Source: Ramazzottius varieornatus
Taxonomy: Eukaryota; Animalia; Tardigrada
Direction of reading: 5' to 3'
NCBI GenBank assembly: GCA_001949185.1
Contig: BDGG01000008.1
Location: 620,001 to 684,000, forward strand
Length of the DNA: 64,000 bases
Shown here: piece after piece, positions 1 through 12,101 of the stretch
How the letters are laid out: each line of letters starts with the position of its first letter
Numbering within the stretch: position 1 is the first letter of the stretch
Translations under genes and position numbers: made by a program
The notes under the pieces: generated by a model
Databases searched by the model: none
What the model was told of the DNA's origin: nothing
The model's input: the letters and a program-made list of their open reading frames with translations, nothing else

Positions 1-381
1 GCAAAATTCAATATGCGCTTCCTTGTTTTGCGTTCGCATACATGCATACTACGTCAAGATATCTTTTGTTTACCTGAACCCGAAGGCAGAAAGTTTTATC
101 TGCAGCGACAACCCAAACAATAGCGCTGTTTGAAGTTTCCCTATAATTTTCCGACCGCTCCAAAAACGAAGACTAAGCAAGTAGAGAAAAGCGAATCAGG
201 AATGCACTTGCTGAATTTGCTTCAGAAGGCAGCAAAGCTACTGCTGTGTACTTTTGTGTCATTAAATTACCCGCCTTAAGTGAAGGGCACTCACTCAATG
301 AACCGTAGCGGAACGTTTGATATAAGCTATTTCGTTTTCCACCCCGGATTGATTTGCTGGCCTACGCCTGGTGCCAATGGG

Positions 382-892
382 TAGGGTTTTTAACGGAGGG
401 ATTAGACAGTCATCTGGATGGGATCAGATGCCGATCCCATGGATCCGGAAAGCAGTCGGATGGATATAACTCCCATCCGATTCGGTTGCCGATGGATGGG
501 TCTTCTATCCGGATGATCCGGATAAAACACTCGAAGCTTAGAGACTTACAGATGACACAGCGAATTATGATTCGTAGGTTTTGACATGCTGTTTTGCGGA
601 AAGCATAGACGATACAGTTTGATAGTCCTCCGTCAACATAGTCTGCATATCCTCAAAAATTAAACCCCAAGACTCTAAATGGCAAGACAGAAATTGCGTA
701 AACAAAACTACGCTCAAAAGACAAGCTTGTAGGGAGAGTGCGAAGTTTTGTCGGATTACCCGCCGGTGTATTGGACTGTTTGATTACGCGTTAGTAGTTT
801 TGGTTTTATCCGGATAGGAAGCCTATCCAATCCAACTTCTATCCGGATTCATCCGGGTCCATCCGTTGTCGGATTGGATATGAACAACAATA
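382..892. mobile_element. Non-autonomous hAT-like element with subterminal ATCCG/CGGAT repeats
   Basis: 8-bp direct repeat CCAATGGG at 374-381 and 893-900. Ends are imperfect inverted repeats (TAGGGTTTTTAA / TGAACAACAATA). ATCCG/CGGAT motifs are dense near both ends. Confidence 0.6.
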
Positions 893-1034
893 CCAATGGG
901 AGACTTGCTTTTTCATCCGGGGGAATCCCCGACCAAAGTGGTTTACACCCGGTCGGCTTTCGACTACACCGGCGAGTCAAGCCGGGTTTTATGCCGCAAA
1001 TTCAGAAATTCTAGAGCTGTGCCGAAGTTAAGAC

Positions 1035-1777
1035 CAGTGTTATTCTACTAATGGTTTTGGAATTTTAATGTCTATTACAATTAATAAAATTTTTCCTCAA
1101 ACCGTAATTTTAATTGTTGCAGGTTTGGATTGGCTGAATTCTCTATTGTATATTAATTTTAATTACATCTGGATCTCTAATTAAAATTATTTTAATTATG
1201 GTCCGTCTGTAAGTTTGCATTAACCGAGTAATCAGCAGGGATATGTATCCGTTGTTATGTCATCTTGTTCAGATAGTATGTCATTCCACATGTCCATCGA
1301 ACGGTAGGAAAAGAAGAGCAAACTGCGAGTTTAACAGATATCACTATATTTAAATCAAGTCGAATAATCAATGCACCAAATTCACGGTATGAGATTGTGT
1401 AATCGAGTGCGTCAATTTAACTGAAGCGGAAGTTTAGAATCAGCGCTCCGAATCCATCTCTTGTACTGATTAACCAGCTCTCGTCCGGGATAATATTTAC
1501 TAAGGGATTTTCGTGGTACAATACACTGTGGATTTGCAAGGCATCTTGTTTAATTAAAATTCGAAGCCCAGCCCTTCCAGATTTTAATTATTTTAATTGC
1601 TGCAAGTACGGATTTCAATTACCTAATTTACTGTTGACTTGTGGGTCTACTTTTACTGTAATTTTACTATATAGTAAAATTCGTCGTCTCGATTTCATAG
1701 TTTTAATTATTATAGTAAAATTCAAAAGTCCCAGTTTTCGGCTATTTTCAATTATTTCCATTAGTAGAATAACACTG
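1035..1777. mobile_element. Non-autonomous hAT element (MITE), AT-rich
   Basis: Perfect 20-bp TIR CAGTGTTATTCTACTAATGG (1035-1054 / 1758-1777) and 8-bp TSD GTTAAGAC (1027-1034, 1778-1785). Confidence 0.9.
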
Positions 1778-2163
1778 GTTAAGACTTCAACCGGATTGTT
1801 GATTGTGTTGGGAACTTTGGATTTATATACGTGGAACAGCGCAGCAGCGGGTCACTTTGAAGTTCGTCCTGATTCCCTGATCCCTGATTCCTGATCGGAG
1901 CGCCGAAGAAATCGCTGTACAAGGTTGGTCTGTGCGCCGTACTTCACGGTCCGACAAACCAAGTGGAGACTCGCTGGAGTGGAATTAGAGCGATCGGATC
2001 GTGCGCCACTTCTTGTAAATCCACCTTCGTGTTTCCGCTGACGTATTACCTTCCAAGCAAGTTCCAGTACCAGGTAGGTAAGCATTGTTCGATAAGAATG
2101 CTGCCTTTCTGGTTTACCAACCTTTCCTTATTTTGGTGGTTTTAGTTCTCGTCAAGGAGCGCG

Positions 2164-3532
2164 ATGGCTACTCAGAAAGCAATCAACGTCTTTTCCACCA
2201 GCGTGACAACGGACAACATCAGCCGACATGACATGCTCAACTGGGTGAACGACTGTCTGCAGTCCAACTTCCAAAAGATCGAAGACCTGGCAAACGGAGC
2301 TGCTTACTGCCAGTTCATGCACATGTTGTTCCCCAACACCGTGCCAATGAAGAAGGTCAAGTTTAACACGCGCTTGGAGCACGAGTTTGTGGGCAACTGG
2401 AAGATACTTCAAGGAGCGTTGAAGTCTGTTGGAGTGGACAAGGTATCCTAATCGCTGGTCGTGGCTCTTCAGCACGAATCAACCGTCGGGGAATGCTGGT
2501 TGGATTTTCATATGGTTTTGTTGCAGCTGATTCAAGTGGAGAAGTTGATAAAGGGGAAATTTCAGGACAACTTTGAATTCATTCAATGGTTCAAGAAATT
2601 TTTTGACGCAAATGCTGCCGAAATCAACATCGATGGTTACGATCCCATGGAAGCAAGAGGAGGTGAGCCAATGGGAAGTACCACGAACACATCAACCAGC
2701 AAGCCTACCGGAGGGATCAAGTTTCCACCGGCAAAGCCAGTTGCCCAGAAAAGACCAGGTATCAATGTATAACAATTCTCGGTTGAATATTCCTGGCTAC
2801 TAGCTCTGAGCACTCACTCTTCACCCTAAGTGAGTGTCGACCGTTGGTTTGATTGGTTATGATTTTACAGAAGCTGCCCCGGTTAGCGCAAGGCCAACGA
2901 CAGCCTCGTCTACGGCGAAAAGCGCTGTAGGGACAACCAAGACATCTTCCGCATCAAGTGTCGCTCCGAAAAGCGCTCGCGGGGAACCAGCAGCTTCGAA
3001 TGGATCTCGCCATGGTTCGGTACCAGGGCTGAACACCATTTCCCTGGAGACCATGCAGCAGGCGTTGGCTCAGCAGCTGGAGCATATGCAAATCGAGGTA
3101 ACTTTCGGTTGTGTAAATGGTGAATCACCGCTGCACATTTTAGGTATATGTCTGACAGTAAATATTTCCTGTGCTTTAGCTCGCTGAAAGTAAATCCGCC
3201 TGCGAGAATGCTACTCAAGAGAGGGATTTTTACTACAGCAAGCTGAGAGACATTGAGGTGTTATGTCAAGAGGCCGCTGCCAGTTCCACCAACATTGATG
3301 GGGACAAGATTTTACAAATCATGTACGCCCCAGAGGTAAGAATAGTTTCTTTCAATAGAGATACTTTCATCTTTCTCCCGTTTGTCTAGGAATAATACCT
3401 ATCAGTTTTCTGTTTCCTTAGGCCGGTGTAGCTGATGGTGCCGAGGATGTGGAAAACGGCGGACACTTGGTCCACCCTAATGACGCAGGACCTGTCGCAG
3501 CTGGTGCGGGGGACGAGGAAGAGGAGTACTAA
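2164..3532 (+). CDS. MAPRE1: Microtubule end-binding protein EB1 (RP/EB family), multi-exon
   Basis: CH domain ([10 protein letters not shown]...[13 protein letters not shown]...[21 protein letters not shown]), EBH motif [13 protein letters not shown] (~3220) and C-terminal EEY-stop (TAA 3530-3532). Confidence 0.95.
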
Positions 3533-4327
3533 GACTGAGTTACGGTACTGTCTCCACAAGGTTTCTGAGTTTTGCAAAGCGCAGTCATTTGAGCTTCTCA
3601 TTTCGTAAAATTTGTTTCAGTTCTTGACATTTGGGACATTCGCTCTGTGCGCGCGTTTAATGAGTAACGTGTACTCAAGCCCTTTCTTCCATGGAATCTC
3701 TTTTGGTTTTCGTCAAGGTTTGCTTTGATGTATCGGAAATCCACTCGTGAAACTCAGTGGCATTTTCCAATCTTTTTTACTGTCTTAAGCATAAAGTTAT
3801 TGTAAATTAAATTCTGTCTGAACGGTGGGCTAGCTGTTCGTTTCTACCCTTGGTCTTTTGAAGGTTGGGATTGCAGAGAACTTGGCAACATTCGATCCTC
3901 TCCCGTCTAGCTCGTCGGATTCCTTGGCTCCACGAACCATTCACCTCGTCGATTCTGTAATACCTTAATCTTTTGGTTGCCTGTGATATTTCTTGCTTCA
4001 GTAGGGGCGTTTGTGGCTTCAAGCGTATACGATGGACAATATTATAACTGCTCGACCGAAGCGTAATATTGACGAAAGTAAGTGTTCGGGAAATCAGCTT
4101 TGTCACAGCTACATCGGCACATTACTCGAACACGATCGTTCTCCAGAGTGGCGCATACCTCTAGCCGATACGAATAGAAAATTGCGCCACTTGAGAAAAA
4201 ACCTTTATGCACGTTTTGTTTGCCGAGATTTTATATCATTCTGAAAGTCAATTAATCTAAGTTTTCTGACCACTCAGTTACAACGAGCTCAAACAGTGTT
4301 CGTTCGGACAAGCCACCGGTCGTTAAG

Positions 4328-5328
4328 ATGCCTGAAGGACCTCGCCATCCTCCACTGACCAGTCAGAGTGAGACAGCAGCGCTGGCGCCAGCTTCCGCCT
4401 TTCCCGAGCCTTCTCGTTCGCTGCCGAATGTTGCTGTCGAAGAACCGCTATGCATAGACAGAGAAAGCCTTTCTCGTCGTTCATCACGTCCTTTCAAGCT
4501 CAACGAAGAGGAGCCAGCGAAGAAGAAGGAAGCCGGCACGAAAGGTAAGGAGGAAGACAAACAGCAAGATGGAAAGAAAGGCGGAGCCGGACGTAAGGAA
4601 GGTGTGGCCAGTTGGACGCTAACGAAAGGGCAGCAGATAGTACATGATACTTTGAATTGTGTGTGGGAATGTGGAACGGCGTTGGTCCATGATGTGGCGT
4701 CGTTGGTCGAGCCGGTTCGCTCATACTTCCATCCTAAGGAGAAACCAGAAGCGACGACCGGAGGTCGACTGCGACTTCGCTCCGGGGATGAGGAACTAAT
4801 GGCGCTGATGGAAAACCAAACCCAGACACTGCTCGAAATAGTAAGTGCCGCGATCGACTTTCGTATCTCCTGTTGCACTAGTAGCTCAGTAAATCAGGAA
4901 CGAAGATAACCGTCGGGTTAAATTACAGAATAAGTTTTTACGGGAAGAACTGGTGACTATCAAGGAAGAGCGCGACATAGCAGAGCAGATGGTCAGCCGT
5001 ATCGAGAGGAAGTGTCGTGAGGCTCTGCAGCAAAAAATGGATTCCATCGAAATCCATGTGCTGTTTGACCTGTTGTTTGGAGCTGGTGCTGCAGAGGTAT
5101 CAACAATCTTTGGTTTGCTAATGAACGAAATTCTGCCTGATCTTGATTGCGTCGCTTTATCCTCAGGTAACATTCGGCAAGCAGGATGACAAGCCGGGAC
5201 TACCTGCCAGAAAGACCTTCGGTCCACAGAAACCGGAACGACCCAGTACACCGGCAGCATCGGCAGATTTGTCGTCGCCCGATTATGGACTTCGCGTGCT
5301 GGACTCTCAGAACCGCCTTCAGAAGTGA
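4328..5328 (+). CDS. Hypothetical protein, 3 exons (~4328-4839, 4929-5097, 5167-5328), charged/coiled-coil
   Basis: Three ORF segments join in phase through GT-AG introns (ATA|GTAAGT...ACAG|AAT; GAG|GTATCA...TCAG|GTA). No family recognised. Confidence 0.55.
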
Positions 5329-5558
5329 AAGCTCGAAACCTTTCAGCCTATTGGTTCATGCAAACTCTTCAAAACTCTATTGCGCCTTTTCTAAGAATGC
5401 TATGTTTTAACGGTGTTCGGGCTTGGGTGTGAAAGTCGTCATAGATACAAATGTGGCGGTGTGGCTTTGCTTCGCACTTTTGTTTGCATGAGTCTTTGCA
5501 CGTAAACGTATGATTAGAGCTGGGAAATTGGAATTAATTTGACCTTCACGAAACAACC

Positions 5559-8500
5559 ATGATACGTTCTTCACGTGGACCGTCGTTGAAGGAGCAAACC
5601 GACATAGAGACGGGAGTGTCCAGCACGGACCAGTCCGACGACAGCGAATTTGCCACCTCATCGGACTTGACCACTTCCTCTTTGTCATCGTCTTCCTCGG
5701 TCAGCTCCTTCCGTGTGAGACGGAAGTTCGGCACGAACCGTGACACCATGGGGAACTACAGGCGGCCTGGCGGTGGCGACGCAGATGACAAGACGTTGCA
5801 GCGACTTTCACAGCAAACTGAAGTGGTGAAATCGAAGCGACATCGCAGATCCACGAGAAGTCACAGCCAGCAGGATAAGTCATCGGTAGGGAGTTTTGTG
5901 TCAATGATAAAGGAGAAGGTTTCTCATGGTCACACTTCGGAAAGCTCAGACGACACTAGCACAACTTCTGACAGTGCTCGAACAGTTCCATCCTACCTGC
6001 AAGACATGGAGAACGACTTGGCGACACTCGACGGGAGCACTGATAGTGACGCTAACAGTTCGCTGCGTAACCCACTGGAAGTGGAATTCCAGGGAGAAGA
6101 ACATAGCTCTAGGCTTTCCAAGGTGAAAAATTTGCTCCAGCTAAAAAAGAACGCTTTACAAAAGAAGGCAGGAAACACTTTTGGCGCGCTGCATGTGGCA
6201 AAACACGCCTACACGAAAACAAGGAAAGTGGTCCACGACGGTATGTTCAAGACGAAGACCAATGCCCGCTGCGAGAAGAATGCCGCGGTGCAACGTATGC
6301 GTCCCCATGCGCTGAAGCTACAACAGCTAACACATCGAACCGGGAGCAAAGCGAAAACAGGCATCTCGAGACTAGGTATCTGCATAGCTTTGAACGTTGT
6401 TCGGCTGATCACCCAGCGGAAATGGGCATTCGGTCGATTGAGCATGGAAGCAGACCCTGACTCCTGCCCATACGGCGACCCTTTCGATTTTGACGTGGAT
6501 CTTTTACGGCACCAACCGGTGTCTATTCCCACGTTGGCCATGAAAGAGGAGACCTTGTTGGATGAAAATAAACCGAGCGAGTATTACGGCAATCTGAAGA
6601 ACGCAAGGTTTGAATCTTGGACATCGGCAGCTGGTTTCAAGCCAGATCTTTTCTGAAGTGGCGCACGCGTGCATTGTCATTGGTCGAGTGCGTACGCTAC
6701 TTGAGAAAAAGATTTGCGTGAATTCATTTGCCGATGTCCAGTTTCTCTTTTTGAACCAAAGGGACAACTGGCCGGAGGTCCATAGCTAATCAGCGTTTGT
6801 CCCATTCCAGGTACTCGGCCATTATACACCAAGCCGCTTCCAAACACACCCGAGAGCTCGCCCGTCTGCTCAAAAACAAGCAAGGTAAACCGAAGGAAAT
6901 TATGGAGACCTCCATTTCCATTGGTCCTCGCCTTCATGTAGGCTTCAAATGCGACGTCGAGAAACAGAGCTTGACCATCCGGATTATCGAAGCCACAGGT
7001 CTTCCTGGCAAAGATTCGAATGGGCTAGCGGACCCGTACTGTATAGTGACGCTCAAGCCAGACGCTGCAAACGATCCACTACGGACACGAACCCTCGGTA
7101 AAACCATCAATCCGAAATGGAAGGAGATCTTCGAGCTGTCGGGAGTTCCTCCAATTGCTATCTTACAAAAGCAGACATTGCATATCAAGGTCTACGACTA
7201 TGATCAGCTTGGAGCAGACGACTTGATCGGTACTCTAGACATTGCCTTGATCAACTATGACTTGATTGGAGGAGCTGATATGTGGTTGGATCTGCGGACG
7301 AAGGAAAACAGGGAAAACCCCCAGCATTTAGGAAATGCCTTAATTGGGCTTCGTTATGATCAAAGCCAGGAAAAGCTAACGGCATACATTGAGCGTTGTG
7401 AGGCGCTGAAGGAAACCGGGACCTTGGTGACAAAAGCGTGTCTGCATATCAATGGAAGCCTGATCAGAATGAAAAAGTGCAGGCCCGAAACGATAACTTC
7501 CGGGAACCCGGAACCGAAACAAAGAATCACCTTCCGTCATATCAAGAAGGCCTTGCTGGAGGAATACGCTATAACGGTGTATTTTGCCTTCAGGCGTTTC
7601 TTCCTGTTCCATCGACATCTCGGGCAGATCAACATGTCGGTGAAAAGCAAGGATCATACCGAGGTGGAAATCTGGGAAGAAGCCAGAACGTTACCGGGAG
7701 AAGTCGCGTTCAAACTTATGACCATTCATCCATTTCTGGGTAAACTGATTATTTTCCCCGTATGTCTGTCTAATATTGTGCCATATCCTATCGTTTATAT
7801 AGGTCTGATCAAGAAACCGTGGAAGGCAGTGAAGGTCCCTGACGAAGAGAAACTAGGCTTTCTTCTAGTAACACTGAAGATCTCCATCGTGGTGGCCGGC
7901 ATGCTTCTCTCTTGTACCATCGAGAAAGCAGAGGAACTAGCGCTACCCAAAAACACCCGCATAAAGGCTGAATTATATTTGGTCAAAGGCGGCCTACAAG
8001 AATCACATGAAACAACGAAGTACAGAAAGATAATCGACAGAACCACACTCTTCGAAGACACGTTTGACCTGTACGTCGACATGGAAGAGATTGGTTCGAT
8101 GGGACTGGTAGTGGTCCTTAGTCGCAGAAAATGGTTCCGAAGAGTCCCTTTCGCTCACCTGTCTCTGTCAACTGCCCACAAATCATCGGTCGTACCGGAA
8201 ATGGAGCTCTGGCAGTCCGCAGTGAAGTTTACTGGCGTAACAGGAACCCGAAAGTTGGAGCTGCGGCCACTTCGCCCTGAAATCACGATGTACAGGCTGG
8301 GGAGATCTGGCGAAGCGCATGTACCCTTTCACGACGTTAGCTTGCTCCCGGAGAAAGAACCTCAAGGAAAGTTAGCCTTCAGTCTAAGTTATCATGAAGC
8401 CAAAGAAAATTTGAAACTTACTATTGAACGTGTCATAGAGCTACCTCGTGACGCCCAATATTACATTAGGGCATTTTTATGGGACTTGAAGAAAAATAAA

Positions 8501-8911
8501 AAGCAGCTGCAGACATCACCGAGAAGGTGGACGTATGACTATGTTCTAGATTTTAAGACGGCAATCAAGTTCAGGAATGTACAAGCATCGTTTTTCGACA
8601 CGCATTTTCTTTGTATTAGACTGTTGCAAATGCGGCCTTTGCGGTTCTCTAAAGTTACCGGGCAAGTGGTCATAAAAATCGTAAAAGTTACTCCATACCC
8701 GCAATACGAATCAAGCCCTTTCCATCAACCAACCCAAAGCTTTTACCTGCTCTGGTCAGTATCGCCAGACTCAAAGAGTGGAATGCCGAGAGTACTTTAC
8801 CTGTTCAGATGCTCCCGGACTTTTGCTTCATGGGCACGCTCTCGTCGACACTATCTGTACCGGCAGCTAGGTAGGCTTTGGTATCGTGGTGCACTCTTTG
8901 GGGTATCTTGA
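5559..8911 (+). CDS. Synaptotagmin-like multi-C2-domain protein with Ser-rich disordered N-terminus
   Basis: The 365-aa ORF joins the 704-aa ORF via a phase-2 intron (~6609-6810), with a probable 63-bp intron at ~7740-7802. The first C2 has Ca-ligand motifs (LPGKDSNGLADPY...VYDYDQLGADDLIG). Three further degenerate C2-like repeats follow. Confidence 0.75.
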
Positions 8912-11182
8912 ATGAAAAGATGGTCTTAAGCGTCACGTTTTTCCCTGATAGCTCGGCATCTTCGAGGGTTTGCGGTAAGTCGGTATTTGCTGTTTCAGGA
9001 AGGAAAAGCACGAAGAACGCGGCAACCAGACAGATGCCCCCAAAGATGAGCAGAGGCAATGCGGCGTACTGTAACAAACTGACTGTGATCTTGCTGGAGG
9101 AAACTAGAGTGCTCATTACGTTTGTTTGGGAACTTAAATTATCCCGCTTACTTGATGTCCAAGAAAAACCAGGTACGAAACTCCCAGTGTGAAGAAATTT
9201 GAGGAAAACGCCGTTACGGAATGACCTTCTGCTCTCACAACCGTCGGGAAGATCTCTGCAAGAAAGAACTGTTGGAAAATGTTTATTTTGCGTAACCGGC
9301 TGTGCCCATTCCATGCAAATCAAGCCGCGCACCGTCCTCTAGGAGCTCGCTGATAAGGAAGGCGACGGTTATGGCCATCTTGCTCACGAATACGAGAGCA
9401 CTTATGGCCCCAGATGAGGAAACGCACGCAGCAACAATACCCGCAGAACCAGCCATCACCATTGTTGACACGATGGAAAAGCGGCGCCCCAACCGATCAC
9501 ACATCAGGCTAGTCAGCAGGTAGCCTGAAATGCACGGAGCAAAAATTAAATTCAGATAGAGAACAGAAAATGAATCCCCAAAAGGACTCACCTGGCATTT
9601 CCGCAATCCCACTCAAGAAGAAGTCCCAGTGTGGATTATCGTTTATGCTTGGTCCATACAGTGTCAGACCCAAATACACCCCAAGGTTGCACACGTTGGC
9701 GAAGATCAAAATCAGAGTCTTCTTTCGTAAGTTGGGTGTTCGGAACAGATCGAGCATTGAGTAGCCATCACAGTCATTGCGTTTCTTCCCTGATTCTGAG
9801 CTCGAGGACTGGTTAATCTTTTTCAGAATACCGGGGAGGTCGGCATCGAAATCGGGCTCTAGTCTTTGGCTGTTCCTTCTGGCAACCTCCCGCAAGAAAT
9901 CGGCGAGTTTGTCGTAGCGCTTTTGGGAAAGAAGGTACCGAGGAGACTCGGGCATGGACCACCACAACCCAAGTAGAGGAACCATCGGTAGGCAGGAAAC
10001 CAGCGCGAACCATCTCCACGTATTTATCCAGTAAGCCATTCCGCCCAAAAGAAGCATGCCTACCGTGTAGTAAATGGAAACAACGACGGATAGTAGGGCA
10101 CGGTGGGCTGGTCCTATTAACTCCATTCCTATCATGACCGGAAGCATGTAAGTCCATCCTACGATAAAATACCAAACATACTTCTTTCAGTTTTGTCATG
10201 AATGGGAGCTGGGCAAGCAAAACGTTCAAAATCGATGCCCAAGTGGCGCACATCTTCATTGTTTTTGGCTGGAAGGGTGCGCCGCTTGAGATAACAGAAG
10301 ACCGGCCAGTCTCGGGGTAATCGTTATCTCAAGTTGCGTACGATTCCAGCCAATAACAAAGGAAACTGCGTCACTTGGGATAGCCATTATCCCGAGACTG
10401 CTTGCCGGTCTCCCAATAATTCTTTACGTTTTGTTTGCCCAGCTCCCAAGTAAGTCTTGTGTTGATGTTGAACACTGAAAAACTGACCTGTACCGACTCC
10501 GACGAAAAATCGCGAGATAGCGAACCACGTATAATTGGGCGTGAAAGCAGTGGCTATCGAGGAACAAAGGCTGATGACAAGAACCATGAAATAACAGACT
10601 CGTCGGCCATATCTGTCTGCGATGTATCCTATGAAAAAAATGGAGAAGAGACCTCCCGCGGCATTGATGGTGTAAGCATGCGTCACATAGAGCTCCTTAT
10701 CGCAAACCAAGTTCCATTCTGTTACTACCGTGGAATTGTAAACCGAAGTGTCGTATGTCCATCCATATTTGCACGGAACGATGGCCAGGGAAGTGTTTCG
10801 GGCGCGCGAGTTCAATCCCGACAGCGTAAAAAAATCAAAGTCGAACATCCGGCACTTGTCCAGTCCCGCTTCGTCATCCTTGGTACTGTTTGGGATAAAG
10901 TACAAGAGATCGGCTGTGGTGAGATAGTCGCGGCCGGGGATTTTACAGTGGTAGGTACTCGGAGTGCCACTCATGAACAGTTGGTTCCATGAAATGAAGG
11001 CACATGGTAAAGTTGCCGGGAAAAGCACAAAGGCCAGAACGAACTTCTGATAAGCGCCAAAAGATCCAACCTACGAATACAGCCCCGATAGGTTTTACTG
11101 TCAAAAATTTGTCCAGAAAGTTATGTAGTCGATACTCAATACTCACCTGCTGCAGTATGTCGTCGAAATCCAAGGCAGTCAT
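8805..11182 (-). CDS. SLC22 organic cation/carnitine transporter (MFS), copy A, 6 exons
   Basis: MTALDFDDILQQVGSFGAYQK start, TVVTEWNLVC, ADRYGRR, MELIGP, PESPRYL, EIFPTVVR and LPET...LPQTLED motifs, with in-phase GT-AG introns. Confidence 0.92.
10204..10447. mobile_element. MITE in SLC22-A intron
   Basis: 22-bp near-perfect inverted repeat GGGAGCTGGGCAAGCAAAACGT / ACGTTTTGTTTGCCCAGCTCCC. Confidence 0.7.
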
Positions 11183-11630
11183 GTTCGAATATAGGTCCGA
11201 ACTACACTCTGACCAACAAAGGTTTCGGTACGGGAGGTAAAGCGTTCAGCCTGTGCACGAAATTATCCAGTATAGTCATGGGTACGTGAACGCGTGGAAC
11301 ATCATCGCACAATATTTCAGGTATGTCCGAAAACTTAGGAAAATCTTCGACGAAATTCCGAAGAATATTTCGCTGTTCCGTCACACGAAATTTTCACTGA
11401 CTGACATTGTTGTACTGAAGTGTGTTTCAAGAACGTTCGACTACGACCGTCATGGTAATCTTATCTTAAGTCGAATATTGCGAGCAAGATCAGTAAGATG
11501 CAGGTCGAAGATAGCCTCTTCGCCGGCCTCATTTTCGACCTATCATCCTTCCGACAAGATATCCAGCTAGTTGTGCGCTTGCCATTATCCAGACTGACGT
11601 AACAAGTAACAATTACTTCAGTTACAATTA

Positions 11631-12067
11631 CGAGGTAAACGGCATAATTCGGGCATGGCAATTTCCGACCCATAATTCGGGCAAGTCTGCGGTATGGGGT
11701 GGCAGCACGTGTCAGATTGCTGNNNNNNNNNNNNNNNNNNNNNNNNNNNNNNNNNNNNNNNNNNNNNNNNNNAACGAGCTTTAGTCGTCAAGAAGGTCGT
11801 TACATAATCGAGTCAAGCGCCTCTTGTGGCCCTTCTCAATCTCATTTCGTAGGCTTTTTAACATTAGCGATACCCTCCTCTGTCTGGAGTCCTGTTTTTC
11901 GGATTCCGTCCACCAGATCATCCTCAAAACTGTTTAAGTCTACCGTGAACAAGTTTTTCCACTCGGCAAACTACACATAACGCTGATCCGTCCAGCCGTT
12001 ACGGAGAAAACAGTTGCCCGAATTATGGGTCGGAAATTGCCATGCCCGAATTATGCCGTCTACCTCG
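11631..12067. mobile_element. Tc1/mariner-type element remnant spanning the N-gap
   Basis: ~55-bp TIR (CGAGGTAAACGGCATAATTCGGGCATGGCAATTTCCGACCCATAATTCGGGCAA), flanked by TA on both sides. The minus-strand fragment at 11780-11970 weakly resembles a mariner N-terminal HTH region. Confidence 0.7.
11723..11772. other. Assembly gap (50 N)
   Basis: Run of n characters. Confidence 1.
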
Positions 12068-12101
12068 TAGCTGGGAACAAAGCAACAAACCAGTAAGACT
12101 A

